Shown one piece after another: positions 1 to 11,110 of a DNA stretch of 64,000 bases (positions are counted from its first letter, which is position 1; every line of letters starts with the position of its first letter). The DNA comes from Chlorokybus atmophyticus (Eukaryota > Plantae > Mesostigma and Chlorokybus algae). A program made the translations under genes and the position numbers. The notes beneath the pieces were generated by a model that searched no databases, was not told the DNA's origin, and saw nothing but the letters and a program-made list of their open reading frames with translations. The stretch is from assembly GCA_009103225.1 (NCBI GenBank), contig RHPI01001037.1:729537-793536 (forward strand), written 5' to 3'.

Positions 1-499
1 CCTCCGACTCCTGGTCCTCCGCCTCCTAGTCGAACCCAGGCCCATCAAGCCTGACATTCGACCCGTCATCGACCTGGTGCCCCTGCGTGCCATCATCCGG
101 CCATCAATGAAGCGTGTTTGGGTGAGTGCATGCTAACTCCCATTTGGGCTGATCGAGCAATGCCTCTGTCGTACCATGGATGGTACGACAGAGCCATTGT
201 ACGGCAATCGCTGGGGTTGGACGAGAGATGCCTCTGTCGTACTATAAATGTTACGACACAACCATTGGTAACAATGGTTGTACGAAGCATGCATGGCACG
301 AATGCAAGTCGTACCATCAACCATAGGAGCAAGGACGCACTACAAGTGCGACTCTAGTGCGGGACTCTAGACGTTCAAAACCGCCTCATTTTCGTTTTCG
401 CGCCTCATACATTCGGGCGGGCCAACCGGCGGCGGCAGCGTTGGAGGCGGCAGCGCCACTTACAGCTAAACAGGCGGCACCCGACTATCAGTTGGAGAG

Positions 500-2213
500 A
501 TGCCTCGTGGTCCATCCGTAAGTGCACCTCGTCGTGGAGGTCGGCGCCAGTTGTCCACATTGCCCCCAGTGTTCAACCAGGCAACCGTCGCCAACCAATC
601 GCAGCAAGACCCCGCGCTAACGCCCAGCACATCACAACAACTCCACCTGACACCGCAGTCGCAAGGGCAAGCTAGACTGCATGCGTTCTTGATGCACTGT
701 GCACGTTGCTTCTTGCTCAACTTCTAACTTGGATGCTTGCTTCTATCATGACTAGCACAGTGACTCACTGCATGCGTTCTGGATACACTGTGCACGTTGT
801 TCTTCTTTTGCAACTGTGAGGGTTGCATCTTTCATGGCTGGCAGCATGACTCATGTGGTTGTGCTTGCAGAGGGTCGATTGGAACCCCCAACCCAAACGC
901 ATTTGGCCGTGACGTGGCAACCTCGGCCGTCAGCAACCCTTCCCCAAGCAAGTGGAAGATTGGCAACGAGGTAAGCACTGTGTGACACTGTGACACTGTG
1001 TGTATGTGTGTAACGGATTGTTCTTCTGTGGACAGCATTTGCGAGATGCCGTCGTTGAAATCATAAACGGCCACTGGGTAGAGAGCCACGTTTATCCCAA
1101 GGAGGACACTATTCGTAACGTCATGTGTCAGGTGCTGTGAATGCTTCATGACCGCACTGCACCGTGACACTGACCAACCTGCCCGTGACAGGTAGTTGGC
1201 TTCGACCATGACGACGAGGCCGATGCGGCCAAGTTCTATGAGGTGTACTGGACTCCCAAGGAGTGCCCCTTCCACTGGAGTGTCGCCCTGAAGAAAGCTA
1301 CGCAGGTCCGGTCTGAGAACGTCACCAAGATCAAGCATGTCCTTGAGAAGGAGTACAAGTGGACACTGTTTAACAGCAACAAGCGCAAGTGAGTTGGGTC
1401 CCTCACCACCATGTCTGCTATGCAACACTGCCTTCTTACTCAGCCTCCATACACACGTACTCATCTCGCCTATTGTAACCAATTCAATCAGGCACATCGA
1501 CGCCCTAATGGACCACGACACCCAAAAAGCCCAGATGCGCAACGCGCTCCAAAGTAAGTCACAGGCACTATTCTAGCCTGGTGCAGGCTCAACTTGAACT
1601 AGCTATTTCGTGACTAATGCCTTGTCGGTATGACTGTCGCAGACAAGTCATGGCGGAGATTTGAGGTGACCAACACTGCAGACCCGGAGCGGAGGAGATA
1701 CATCCATGAATGGGGCAATCCCATAATCTGGCAAATGATCGTGCAATGCTGGTCTTACGCCGTCACTACACCTGGTCGCCGGCAGCTGACAGTCAACCAC
1801 CTCGCATACCTGTTGCTTACGGTGAGCACTCTGAACTCCATCATTAGCGATTCAGGAACGCTGTAGCCCCAAACTACAGGCTTGCAGACGCGTTGCAGTG
1901 AATAGTGGCTTTCGATGCCACTAAGACATGCCTGTAAACTACGCAGGTGGAGCGCATCCTAAAGGGCAAGGATGGAGACCCTCTCCTAGCTGCCAGCATA
2001 GACACACATGAAGAGTACCTCAGCGAAATCAACACCATGATCATGTCAATGAAGCGGGAGATGAGGCAACGGTACGCAGCCCTCCAGCCATTCACCCTTG
2101 TGAAACGCCGCACTGCATCTTGTGTCGAATACCTGAAAGATCCCAATCGGCGCCGGCCGCAAGAGACAGCAGCTCGTGACCCGCTCGCTGAGGCAGAAGC
2201 TGCATTTGATTAG
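500..2213 (+). CDS. Spliced (~7 exon) hypothetical protein, possibly DUF6532-like transposon accessory protein
   Basis: Short ORF pieces join in frame across GT..AG introns: MPRGPSVS..., GSIGTPNPNAFG...KWKIGNE, HLRDAVVEIINGHW...VMCQ, VVGFDHDDEAD...NSNKR, HIDALMDHD..., KSWRRFEV...WGNPIIWQMIVQCW...HLAYLLLT, VERILKG...AAFD* (TAG ends at 2213). Family call is a resemblance only. Confidence 0.6.
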
Positions 2214-2699
2214 CTGGCACAACCGTTTTAGGAGGAAGAGCAAGCTCCGGCGTCTCCTCCACAGGCCCCAGCGCGTGGTGCTTTGTTCCGTAATGACGAG
2301 ACCAGCGATGATGGAGAGGAGCTGTAGCGCAGTTGGTAGTCCGTTTAGCTGGTAGTGTACATAGCTACAAGGCTCTTGTGACTGAGTGTTGTGCATCTTA
2401 AACCAGCTCAGTCAATCGTCATTATGCTCATGCACATCAATACTTGCATCCCTATGATATACAACAGAACTGCATTCGAGTCACATAATCGAACCACAAG
2501 CCTTGGCAAGTGACTGAGAGACACTGTACACATTTCAGGTACATGTACACAGCACGGGCACATAACAATGCTGGAAGTCAGTGACAGTCGCGTGTAGTCA
2601 AGCTATGCAAATACATATGACGACAGTTAGGCATTGGTCACCTTCAGTTGTTGAAGAATGCCTTATTTTGACGAAAATTACCTAGTTGGTGCTTGTGAA

Positions 2700-3030
2700 T
2701 TAGGCTTAGTCGCCTGCGCTGGACTGGTGTGTAACCTGAAGGTGCCTGTCACATAGGCTGAGTCACCTAGGTAAGACTGATGTGTAAGTTACAGGTGCCC
2801 GTTGATTAGTTGTAGTCACCTAATAAGGCCTGATGTGTAACTAACAGTTGCCTGTAAATTACAGAAAGTCATTTGTTAAGGCCTGGTGTGTGACTAACAG
2901 GTGCCTGCTCATTCTATAAAGTCACCTGATAGAGCCTGATGGGTAACTAACAGGCGCCTGTTAGTTAGGTAAAGTCAACTGTTAAAGACTAAATTGTAAC
3001 AAAAAGGGCCTTACAGTAACGAAAGTTACT
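2700..3030. repeat. Degenerate ~53-bp tandem repeat, ~6 copies
   Basis: AGTCACCT-like motif at 2708, 2761, 2815, 2867, 2920 and 2973, most followed by GCCTGATGTGTAACTAACAGGTGCCTG variants. Confidence 0.85.
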
Positions 3031-3201
3031 GTTAGGTCCCTGTATCAAGATTACAGGTGGCCTGAGCCACGACAGTCTAAATTAGCGTCCTCAGGTGCAC
3101 GGCCGTTGCCAATATTTAGTCGGCCGGCAGGGAAAACATATTGCGACGACATAGCAGGCTTCGCGTGCATCCAGCACCCTCGCCCCGCCCGCAGCACACA
3201 C

Positions 3202-3339
3202 TGTGAACGCCGCGGCAGCGCCGGCAATGGCGCACTCATGATGCTCTGCGATGGCTGTAACAAGGGCCTGCATTGCTACTGTCTGGAGCCCCCATTGGAC
3301 GCAATACCCATGGAGGAGTACTGGTGCGACGATTGCCGC
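3202..3339 (+). pseudogene. PHD finger relic
   Basis: CERRGSAGNGALMMLCDGCNKGLHCYCLEPPLDAIPMEEYWCDDC matches the C4HC3 PHD pattern; the second Cys appears mutated (CGC); no intact upstream frame found. Confidence 0.75.
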
Positions 3340-3410
3340 ACCAACGGCCCTCCTCACCTACGTTAGCAGCTGAGTTCTGGAGCTGCCACCTCCCCAGAAG
3401 CTCGGAGGGG

Positions 3411-3660
3411 GTGGCTTGTTGACTGTGTGTCCTGCACAGCATGTATACTAAGGAAAACACCGCCTCCACATGTCCGTGTGACTCAGCAACAGTGGAGCAG
3501 CTCCACCAAGCACCTCTTGCCGTACAAGCTGAGTTATTGTTTACTTTTGCCACAGGTTATAACGTGTTGCAGCACCAGGACCAGCACGCATAACTTTCTC
3601 TGCAGCGGCCCGAGACAGTGCGACCCTCGACTTCCCCCGACCCGACAGCTGTCATGCCTG
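3411..3660 (+). repeat. ~250-bp direct repeat, copy 1 (pairs with 6889-7130)
   Basis: GTGGCTTGTTGACTGTGTGTCCT...CCCCCGACCCGACA aligns with 6889-7130 with scattered substitutions and small indels. Confidence 0.9.
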
Positions 3661-3970
3661 GTGCCCACACATACCAGCCTTCATCGGGCATGTCTACATC
3701 AAAACCGGCGCCCGGCGTACCGACGAACTAACGCGCGCGCGTCCCTGACCAGTAGCTAGGTCATGACTTCAGGGTAGCCCACGACCATAGCCCATAGGCA
3801 CCGCGCGTAGCTGTTCAGTTGTGAGTTCAGTTATAAGTTGTGTTTTATATCGAGTGACAATCGCTAAAAATAGTCTCGATACGACCGTTGGTCACTGTGT
3901 GAGAGCCTGTGCATGCTCGTGTGTGCATCGTGCTTGTCATCGCTGTGAGCCTGGTGTGCCTGGTTGCAGT

Positions 3971-4439
3971 TGTTGAGATTCGGACACTACTGACCATGCA
4001 TGGAGTTGGTGCAAGCACAAGTACACACACTCTACCAGAGCATACACACAAGGCTGATCCAAAAGGCTTTCTAAGGATTACAACAAAGTCATACCGCGGG
4101 CTTTTATACCCGCCAGTTATGCACCTGTCTACTCTAGAAGCCACCACGACTTTTACACTCAACCGATTCCTGCGCTCTAAGTTGCACCACGTAGCTACTT
4201 TCAAGAGCTGTCCAACAAGCTATGACACGCGCCATACAATGACGAAACCACCGAGCTACAACATTTCTTCTACAGCGCCTAGAGGTCTCCAGACTCTGGA
4301 CTCGACTCCGCGCCTGGAACCTTCTCGACTGAAGTCCTCGCCTGGACCTTTCTCGACTGAAACCTTCTCGCGCCTGAATCTTCTCGCGGCTATTCTTATC
4401 CACAGGGCAAGCTGACCGGATACAAGAATATCCTCAACA
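3971..4439 (-). repeat. 3' LTR (469 bp)
   Basis: TG...CA termini; about 12 substitutions versus the other LTR counted by eye; purine tract GTGGGAG immediately internal on the minus strand (PPT-like). Confidence 0.95.
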
Positions 4440-4493
4440 CTCCCACGCGGGCAGCTTGGCCTTTAACACCGTCGATGCCAACTCCTTGCGTAC

Positions 4494-6179
4494 TTATGCG
4501 CGACGAACTCCCACGCCATCCTTTGCTCTTCCAACCATCTTGAAAACACTTCCCGCACCTCTCATGAGCGCCTCCTTGAAGCTCTTCACTTGCACACCCT
4601 TATTGCAGCTCTCATGGTCATTTGCATGTGCTCCCACGTGCTCACTCTCGGCAACGTCCTGCACACCACCACCACCATGCTTCTCCTTCTTGTCCTTGCT
4701 GATGCCAACGCCTCCTTTGGCTCCCACGGGCTCCAGAACTGCACCTTCAGCCTTCTTAACACCACCAGCAACCTCCACACGTGGAATCACTCCACCACTC
4801 GCATGTGACACGCTATTCGTCACCTTCTCTTGAGCTCCCGCTCCCTTATGAGTAACAGGCTCGACCTTGGCCTTCTTCTTCATCTTCTTCACAACCGGTG
4901 CTGACTTGGACACCTCCACCTTGGTCTTCTTGTGCATCTCCGCACCCTTGACCTCCTTAATGATGTAGAGCCCTCCAACGTTGATGCCAACCAACTCTGT
5001 GACACCACGCAGCACTACCCTTCCTATGTCCCCACTAAACACTGTCACAGCACCAACTCTCGCCGCGATGCGCACAGAGAATAGGCTAACCTCTAGCCCT
5101 GATACATACAAAACCTCTCTCAATAACACTTGCCTCGTCCTTCCTCCAACCTGGGACAGGATTTTGGCTTCTCCTACACCAACCGCGAACACCTCCGTCT
5201 TGCCGAACTTCACCTTCATAGGTTTCTCCAAGACCTTGTACTTCGCCAACTTCTCACGATCACCCGTCATATGCCTCGTGCAACCCGATTCCAGCACCCA
5301 ACCATCTGCCTCACCATCCGTTGTTGCATGAAAGGCAATAGGCGTTTCTCGAACACGTCCCGTTATGGCATGATGCTTCTCTCCACCACGCTCTTCTTCG
5401 TGCTGCTTCCTCATCGAGCAATGCACCCTGATGTGGCCCTTCTTCCCGCAATAGTAGCAGACCCTGTCACTCCTTGACGCTCCTCTACCACCACCACTAG
5501 AACCGCCACCATCACCACTGAAACGCCCAGACCCATGCTGAAAACGATCAGTACCTCTTCCTGAAGTCGCTGAGAAAGCCAATGCCTCTGGGCCTTCCTC
5601 ATGCTTTTTCGCCAGCCTCGACTCCACCTGCAGCAATCTTGGAACCACCTCGTCCACCGTGGATTCTGCCTCCAAGCCCTCCAAGACTGTGATCACCGTG
5701 TCATACTCTTCAGGCAACCCGGACAGTACTTGCCACATTAACTCGGACTCTTTCACCTCATAGCCAACGCCTTGAGGGTCCTTCTGCACCTCTCGTGCAC
5801 GCGACACATACTTGGTAAGAGGCTCCGCTGCGCCTTGCTTCTTTAACCCAGCGAGCTCTCTCTTCAGCTGCACCTTCCTCGCGCTATTCTTCGCCTTGAA
5901 GTGCGATGCCAATTTCTCCCAAGCTTCTCGTGCAGTCTTGCAGCCATCCACCAACACCAAGTGATGATCCTTCACGTTGAGACCGATCAGGGCAAGCGCT
6001 CTCCCACTTTGCTGCTTAAACACCAAACTCTGCCTTGTAGACATAGGGTCAGCCTCCTCCGGGTCCACCCACTCCCACAAGTCTTTGTGTACCAGCAACA
6101 TCTTCATGCGCACGCTCCATGTGTTGTAGTTGTCCACGTCCAAAGGCTCCACAGTCACCTTGTCGTAGTTGGTTGCCAT
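4494..6179 (-). CDS. Copia gag-protease polyprotein (561 aa) lacking pol
   Basis: LDVDNYNTWSVRMKMLL (Copia gag N-terminus), EPLTKYVSRARE / LSGLPEEYD (gag core), zinc knuckle CYYCGKKGHIRVHC, protease motif WVLESGCTRHM, GGLYII, then a K/G/V-rich tail and stop. Confidence 0.9.
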   Translation of the reverse strand: MATNYDKVTVEPLDVDNYNTWSVRMKMLLVHKDLWEWVDPEEADPMSTRQSLVFKQQSGRALALIGLNVKDHHLVLVDGCKTAREAWEKLASHFKAKNSARKVQLKRELAGLKKQGAAEPLTKYVSRAREVQKDPQGVGYEVKESELMWQVLSGLPEEYDTVITVLEGLEAESTVDEVVPRLLQVESRLAKKHEEGPEALAFSATSGRGTDRFQHGSGRFSGDGGGSSGGGRGASRSDRVCYYCGKKGHIRVHCSMRKQHEEERGGEKHHAITGRVRETPIAFHATTDGEADGWVLESGCTRHMTGDREKLAKYKVLEKPMKVKFGKTEVFAVGVGEAKILSQVGGRTRQVLLREVLYVSGLEVSLFSVRIAARVGAVTVFSGDIGRVVLRGVTELVGINVGGLYIIKEVKGAEMHKKTKVEVSKSAPVVKKMKKKAKVEPVTHKGAGAQEKVTNSVSHASGGVIPRVEVAGGVKKAEGAVLEPVGAKGGVGISKDKKEKHGGGGVQDVAESEHVGAHANDHESCNKGVQVKSFKEALMRGAGSVFKMVGRAKDGVGVRRA

Positions 6180-6279
6180 CTTCCAGGACTCAACCCAACC
6201 TCACAAGACTTAGCTAGAACTCCTTGCCTAGCCTACTGCCGTTATCACGCCTCTAGACACTTGCTAGACCAGCGTAGTG

Positions 6280-6292
6280 TGGGCCCATAACC
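6280..6292 (-). promoter_or_regulatory. Primer-binding site, internal (half) initiator tRNA-Met type
   Basis: Minus strand reads GGTTATGGGCCCA directly after the 5' LTR's CA end, the PBS type known from Drosophila copia and Volvox Osser. Confidence 0.85.
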
Positions 6293-6761
6293 TGTTGAGA
6301 TTCGGACACTACTGATCATGCATGGAGTTGGTGCAAGCACAAGTACACACACTCTACCAGAGCATACACACAAGGCTGGTCCAAAAGGCTTTCTAAGGAT
6401 TACAACAAAGTCATACCGCGGGCTTTTATACCCGCCAGTTCTGCACCTGTCTACTCTAGAAGCCACCACGACTTTTACACTCAACCGATTCTTGCGCTCT
6501 AAGTTGCACCACGTAGCTACTTTCAAGAGCTTTCTAACAAGCTATGACACGCGCCATACAATGACGTAATCACCGAGCTACAACGTTTCTTCTACAGCGC
6601 CTAGAAGTCTCCAGACTCCGGACTCGACTCCGCGCCTGGAACCTTCTCGACTGAAGTCCTCGCCTGGACCTTTCTCGACTGGAACCTTCTCGCGCCTGAA
6701 TCTTCTCGCGGCTATTCTTATCCACAGGGCAAGCTGACCGGATACAAGAATATCCTCAACA
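6293..6761 (-). repeat. 5' LTR (469 bp)
   Basis: Near-identical to 3971-4439; adjacent to the PBS. Confidence 0.95.
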
Positions 6762-6888
6762 GCAGTGTGCTTGTTGGCATCAGTTAGGGCATAATATCCA
6801 CGTGTTGCTTGCTCATTCACCTCACTTAACAGTGTAACACATTTTCCGCTCATGCAAAAAACGGTGTAAACAGCACTACCTATAGTAG

Positions 6889-7130
6889 TGGCTTGTTGAC
6901 TGTGTGTCCTACAGCACAGCATGTATACTAAGGAAGACACCGCCTCCACATGTCCGTATGACTGAGCAACAGTGGAGCAGCTCCACCAAGCACCTCTTGC
7001 CATACAAGCTGGGTTATCTTTTACTTTTGCCACGTGTTGCAGCACCAGGACCAGCACGCATGACTTTCTCTGCAGCGGCCCGAGACAGTGTGACCCTCAA
7101 CTTCCCCCGACCCGACAACTCCTGTGCCTC
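6889..7130 (+). repeat. ~250-bp direct repeat, copy 2 (pairs with 3411-3660)
   Basis: Direct alignment with 3411-3660. Confidence 0.9.
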
Positions 7131-7695
7131 ACATGCTGCACGCTTTACATCAGTTGTGGTGTTTGGACTGGGAGCGTAATATTGCATGAACATATGTGTG
7201 GCGCTCGCGTGTTTCACTGCGCAATGCGGATGCATTGTCCAAGTTACTTGATAGAGGGGATGGGGCCCTGACCGCAGATGCAACCGCACATCTACAGCAG
7301 CATGTTGGACACCCGACATTGGATTGTTTTACAGCTGATTGAAACAGCAAAGCACCCGCTTATTCCAGCTACATACGCATGCTTGGAAGCTTGGGAAATG
7401 CGTTCGAGAACATCACGCCAGCTTGTAGTTGGAGCTTCAACTACAAGCTGGCGTGATGTTCTCGAACGCTTGGGAGGAGGCTTTATTTAAATGTCACCCT
7501 CCAATGGCTCTCCTGCATGAAGCCATAGCGTCAGTGCAGTATCACCAGCTGCTAGCTGTGGTGTTCGTGCCTGAATGGCACTCTGCTGTGTGGTGGCCGC
7601 TGCTCCGCAACTGGCGATTTATTTAATTTGAGAGATTAAGCCCACGGCCTGAATGGTTTAAACGAGGAGCGCAAATACCTGCAAACAGCATCAAC

Positions 7696-8830
7696 TTAAA
7701 CGCTATCCATACATTTGTGCTTTTGTGCAGTGGGTAAGCGTACCGTTGCTCTGGACAACGGTGCATGATGGCGGAACTTCTTCATGTACCTTAAGCTTGT
7801 ATTTTTTCCCTGAATAACATCAGCATAGAAGGCGCTCCGAGCGGCACCACGCCTGAAAGAGTGCAACCCTAAGTGCGGCCTATGTATGCCACATGCCTTG
7901 CAGCACAACAGCATGGTATGCACAGTTGCCAGGCATGCTGTGTTTTTCCCACTGTAACCTAATCTTAGCAGCAGGCCGAAATAGATATCCGGTGGTGATG
8001 GCCAAGCAGCTTCCGCGACAATCGGTTAAATAGGCGGACCGCTACTGCGCACTTATATGGTCGGTTGACCTCCAGTGCTGTAATTCTTGAGATGTGTTAT
8101 AGTGGCCGTCAGCCCGGAACCTGCCGCTTGTATCTCATGCATCGGTAGATGCGTGCCTTCACCACCCCGTTGCCATGTGCACCACAGGTACACGCAAAGT
8201 GCATAGCCGCGCCAGAGCACAGCCTTCGCACATGTGATTGTCAATGGCTGAGGTAAGGTACACAGCTGCTGCTGAAAGTACCGGATTAGCATGCGCATGT
8301 CATCAATTGCCAATGGCACAGCAGCAATAGGTTGCGCCTTGCCGAGCGGCAATCTTGGCATACGCTTGATGGAACTCGCGCACATTTATGGACAGAAGCA
8401 GGTTTTCAGTAGACATGTTGCTGTCCCACGGGCTGATGCGTTCTAACAGTCTGAACGAGCATGAAAGATCATACTGTACAGTGTTGTGCTAGCATCCTGC
8501 GATGGCCACGGCTGTCGACCCTGCGAGCTTTGCCAATGTGTGTGTCGGACTAGTGCCCAGCAAAGTAGCTTGTGACAACAGCTGGGGTGATATTGGCAAC
8601 CGCAATGTTAAGCTCTGGGTGTTGCAGGTAGTTGATAAACTCTTGCCAAACGCGATCGCGTCAATGGCGGGTGTCATCAGAAACAGCTGCGCGACTGATG
8701 CGCTCCACTTCAAGAAGCGCTGCCGCCGCTCGTTTACGCAAATTGCAGCTGATTACTTGTTGAGGATGAATTGTTGCGCGTGCTGTGCTTCAGCATTAGT
8801 AGTGTTTTGCAAGCGTTGTGCAAAGTCCAT
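7696..8830 (-). pseudogene. Decayed tyrosine recombinase (Crypton/DIRS-type YR)
   Basis: Frameshifted and stop-interrupted pieces: EFINYLQHPEL..., FRLLERISPWDSN...VREFHQAYAK, AVPLAIDDMRMLI, LWCTWQRGGE (box I Arg), HLKN, GYLFRP, LGLHSFRRGAARSA (HxxR box II). Confidence 0.85.
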
Positions 8831-8959
8831 CTTCAAAGGGATCAACCACGGCCAGACAATATAACATAAACATTATTTGCAACTTTGGCAATACAGTGCA
8901 GGCTCGACATGCACAACTCTTCCCTACCAATGTATGCTTAGGAGGGTGAGATAGAATGA

Positions 8960-9123
8960 TCAATGCATTCACAATTGTTCATCGTGTAAACCATGATTAT
9001 TCGCGATGAATGCGCTGCATTGTAGGGCTTAAGTGTTCTTGCCAAAGTTGGACTGTAGGTAGGATTATTCTTTGTGACAAAAGGAATGTGGATTGTTCAT
9101 CGTGTGCAAAGTAGTATGATGGG
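8960..9123 (+). repeat. ~165-bp direct repeat, copy 1 (pairs with 9548-9710)
   Basis: TCAATGCATTCACA...GCCAAAGTTGGAC...GTGCAAAGTAGTAT..TGGG present twice. Confidence 0.9.
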
Positions 9124-9547
9124 CAATACTCGTCGGCACCAACTATTGGCTGACGAGTTGCTTATAACAAACAGCTAACACGAGTGATGAATGCTAATAG
9201 TTAAGGTTATGGTTCAAGTAATGCACGTGTCAAGCAGTGAATGTAGTTGCGGCCGTCACCTCAACGGCGGCGTTGCTGGTGACGCCGCTGACGGCCGAAG
9301 GCTCACCCTCCCGCCCCGCCCAATTGCGCTGCTGCGCTTTTACAAGAACAATGCGGCTGGTCTAAATGACGCTGGCAATTGCATACGCAGGTTGCGGATC
9401 AACACAAGCTGATCGTGAGTCTGAATGCGTTCATGTCGTTTAGGTTGGATCCAATGTACGTGTGCAGCGTGCCGGAGTGTACGATTATGCCATCATATCG
9501 ACGGCAATGCGCATTATGATTGACCACCGTCGGTACATCTCGAATGT

Positions 9548-9710
9548 TCAATGCATTCACAGTTGTTCATTGTGTAAACCATAGCTATAATGATGAATGC
9601 ATTGCATTGTAGGGCTTGGGTGTTCCTGCCAAAGTTGGACCGTAGGTAGGATCATTGTTTATGACAAAAGGAATGTAAATCGTTCATTGTGTGCAAAGTA
9701 GTATAATGGG
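9548..9710 (+). repeat. ~165-bp direct repeat, copy 2
   Basis: Aligns with 8960-9123. Confidence 0.9.
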
Positions 9711-10859
9711 CCACGATTCGTCACACACAGACCAACTGATCCAACGGTGTCATGGAAGTGCGATGGAGGGCTGACAGCGATGCAACGGAGGTGCGACGGT
9801 GAATACGAAAAGTGGTTTAGATCTTCTCATTGACAGCATAATTAGTTTGTTGGTGACAGAAGATCGTTGCAGAGCACGCTGTTGCAAGAGCCGTCTTTAC
9901 AAGCATAGAGTACGGGTGTCCATGATACAATCCATGTAACACTCTACACCGAGCTCACAACAATACACCCACAAGCTGTGGGCTATAACACTACAGTACC
10001 ATGCAACGCAGATGTAATCATGTCGCTATTTGCGGTGCAATAGACATTAATGTGTGATGTGGCGGGCTGGGAGAGGGGGCGAGTTTGAGCACGGCACATC
10101 AATGCATCACTCCCATTTTTATTATTCTGCCAATGCATGATCTCATGCCTAACTCACCATCTTGTATCCTCAGGTTGCCTGAACCATTGCCCCCTGCCAT
10201 TGCGTTGCACAGCACATGTAAGTGCTGTTATGTACATAGATTCACTTACAATTAGGCTAGTGAGTAAGTGGCCGCGTGTGTAATAAAAACTGCCTCTACT
10301 TATGCTGTTAGGCATCTCTTGAGGCCGCATGTGCACGCATGTTTGTGCATGACATTGCACGATACCATTATAGTGACGATATACACCACATACGAAATTA
10401 CACCACCACAACCACCTTAACCTACAGTGGCTTTATCATACGTGAACGCAAGTGCATGGGCATTGCAGGCCCGGCCTGCCGGGCAGAGTCACGCAGTTGC
10501 GCTTGCGTTTACGTATGATAGAGACCCTGAGGGGAGCGGGCTTAACCTGCAGCAGAGCAGAGCAGACCATTCGCGTGGTAGTTACCTCAATGAATAAACA
10601 TTTATGCAATGCTTGTGCCGTGCTGTGTGTGCTCTCGTCTTCCCCAGCGTTGTCATATGTTGAGGGGGAGAGGGCGTCCTCGCTCTCACAATGCCACCGC
10701 CGCCAACGGCAGAGAAGTGCAGAGACAGAGCTTTATGACTGCGACTTGACATGAAGTTAAATAGCTTGACCACTCGACAAAAGTTGATGACATTCGCAAT
10801 TGCCACATAACTTTATGATAATGGGCAAAAAGTGCTTAACATGAGGCTCCATAATGTAA

Positions 10860-11110
10860 CATGTTGGCATGACATGCACGCAGAGCATGGAAGCCGACCA
10901 CATGCCATGCAGTGCTTTCACACAACTTATATATCACTCACTTGTGCATTACCTTGCATATGTTGCCATACCCTATATGCATGTTGTAAAATGTTGGCAA
11001 GACATGCATGTAGAGCATGGAAGCTGGCCACATGCCAGGCAGTGCGTTCACACAACTTACCTGTCACTAATTTGTGCATGACCTTGCGTATGGTCATAAC
11101 CATGTACGCA
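10860..11110 (+). repeat. ~130-bp tandem duplication
   Basis: ATGTTGGCA.GACATGCA...AGAGCATGGAAGC...CACATGCCA.GCAGTGC.TTCACACAACTTA occurs twice in tandem. Confidence 0.8.

Larger units (their letters stand above)
3971..6761 (-). mobile_element. Non-autonomous Ty1/Copia-type LTR retrotransposon (gag-protease only, TR-GAG-like)
   Basis: Two 469-bp LTRs with TGTTGAG...CTCAACA ends, 5-bp TSD GCAGT (3966-3970 and 6762-6766), PBS next to the 5' LTR, single gag-pro ORF, no integrase/RT/RNase H. Confidence 0.95.

Noticed and set aside
832-1542. 236-aa minus-strand ORF
   Set aside because: It is the antisense shadow of the spliced plus-strand gene.
2700-3030. CRISPR array
   Set aside because: The entire unit repeats with degeneracy, there are no unique spacers or cas genes, and the context is eukaryotic.
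3110-3170. Chromodomain relic (QYLVGRQGKHIATT*Q) upstream of the PHD
   Set aside because: Needs two Trp restorations and the spacing is one residue short; too weak to support.
3845-4415. ORFs within the LTRs (also 6245-6569)
   Set aside because: They lie in the duplicated LTR sequence and show no protein motifs.
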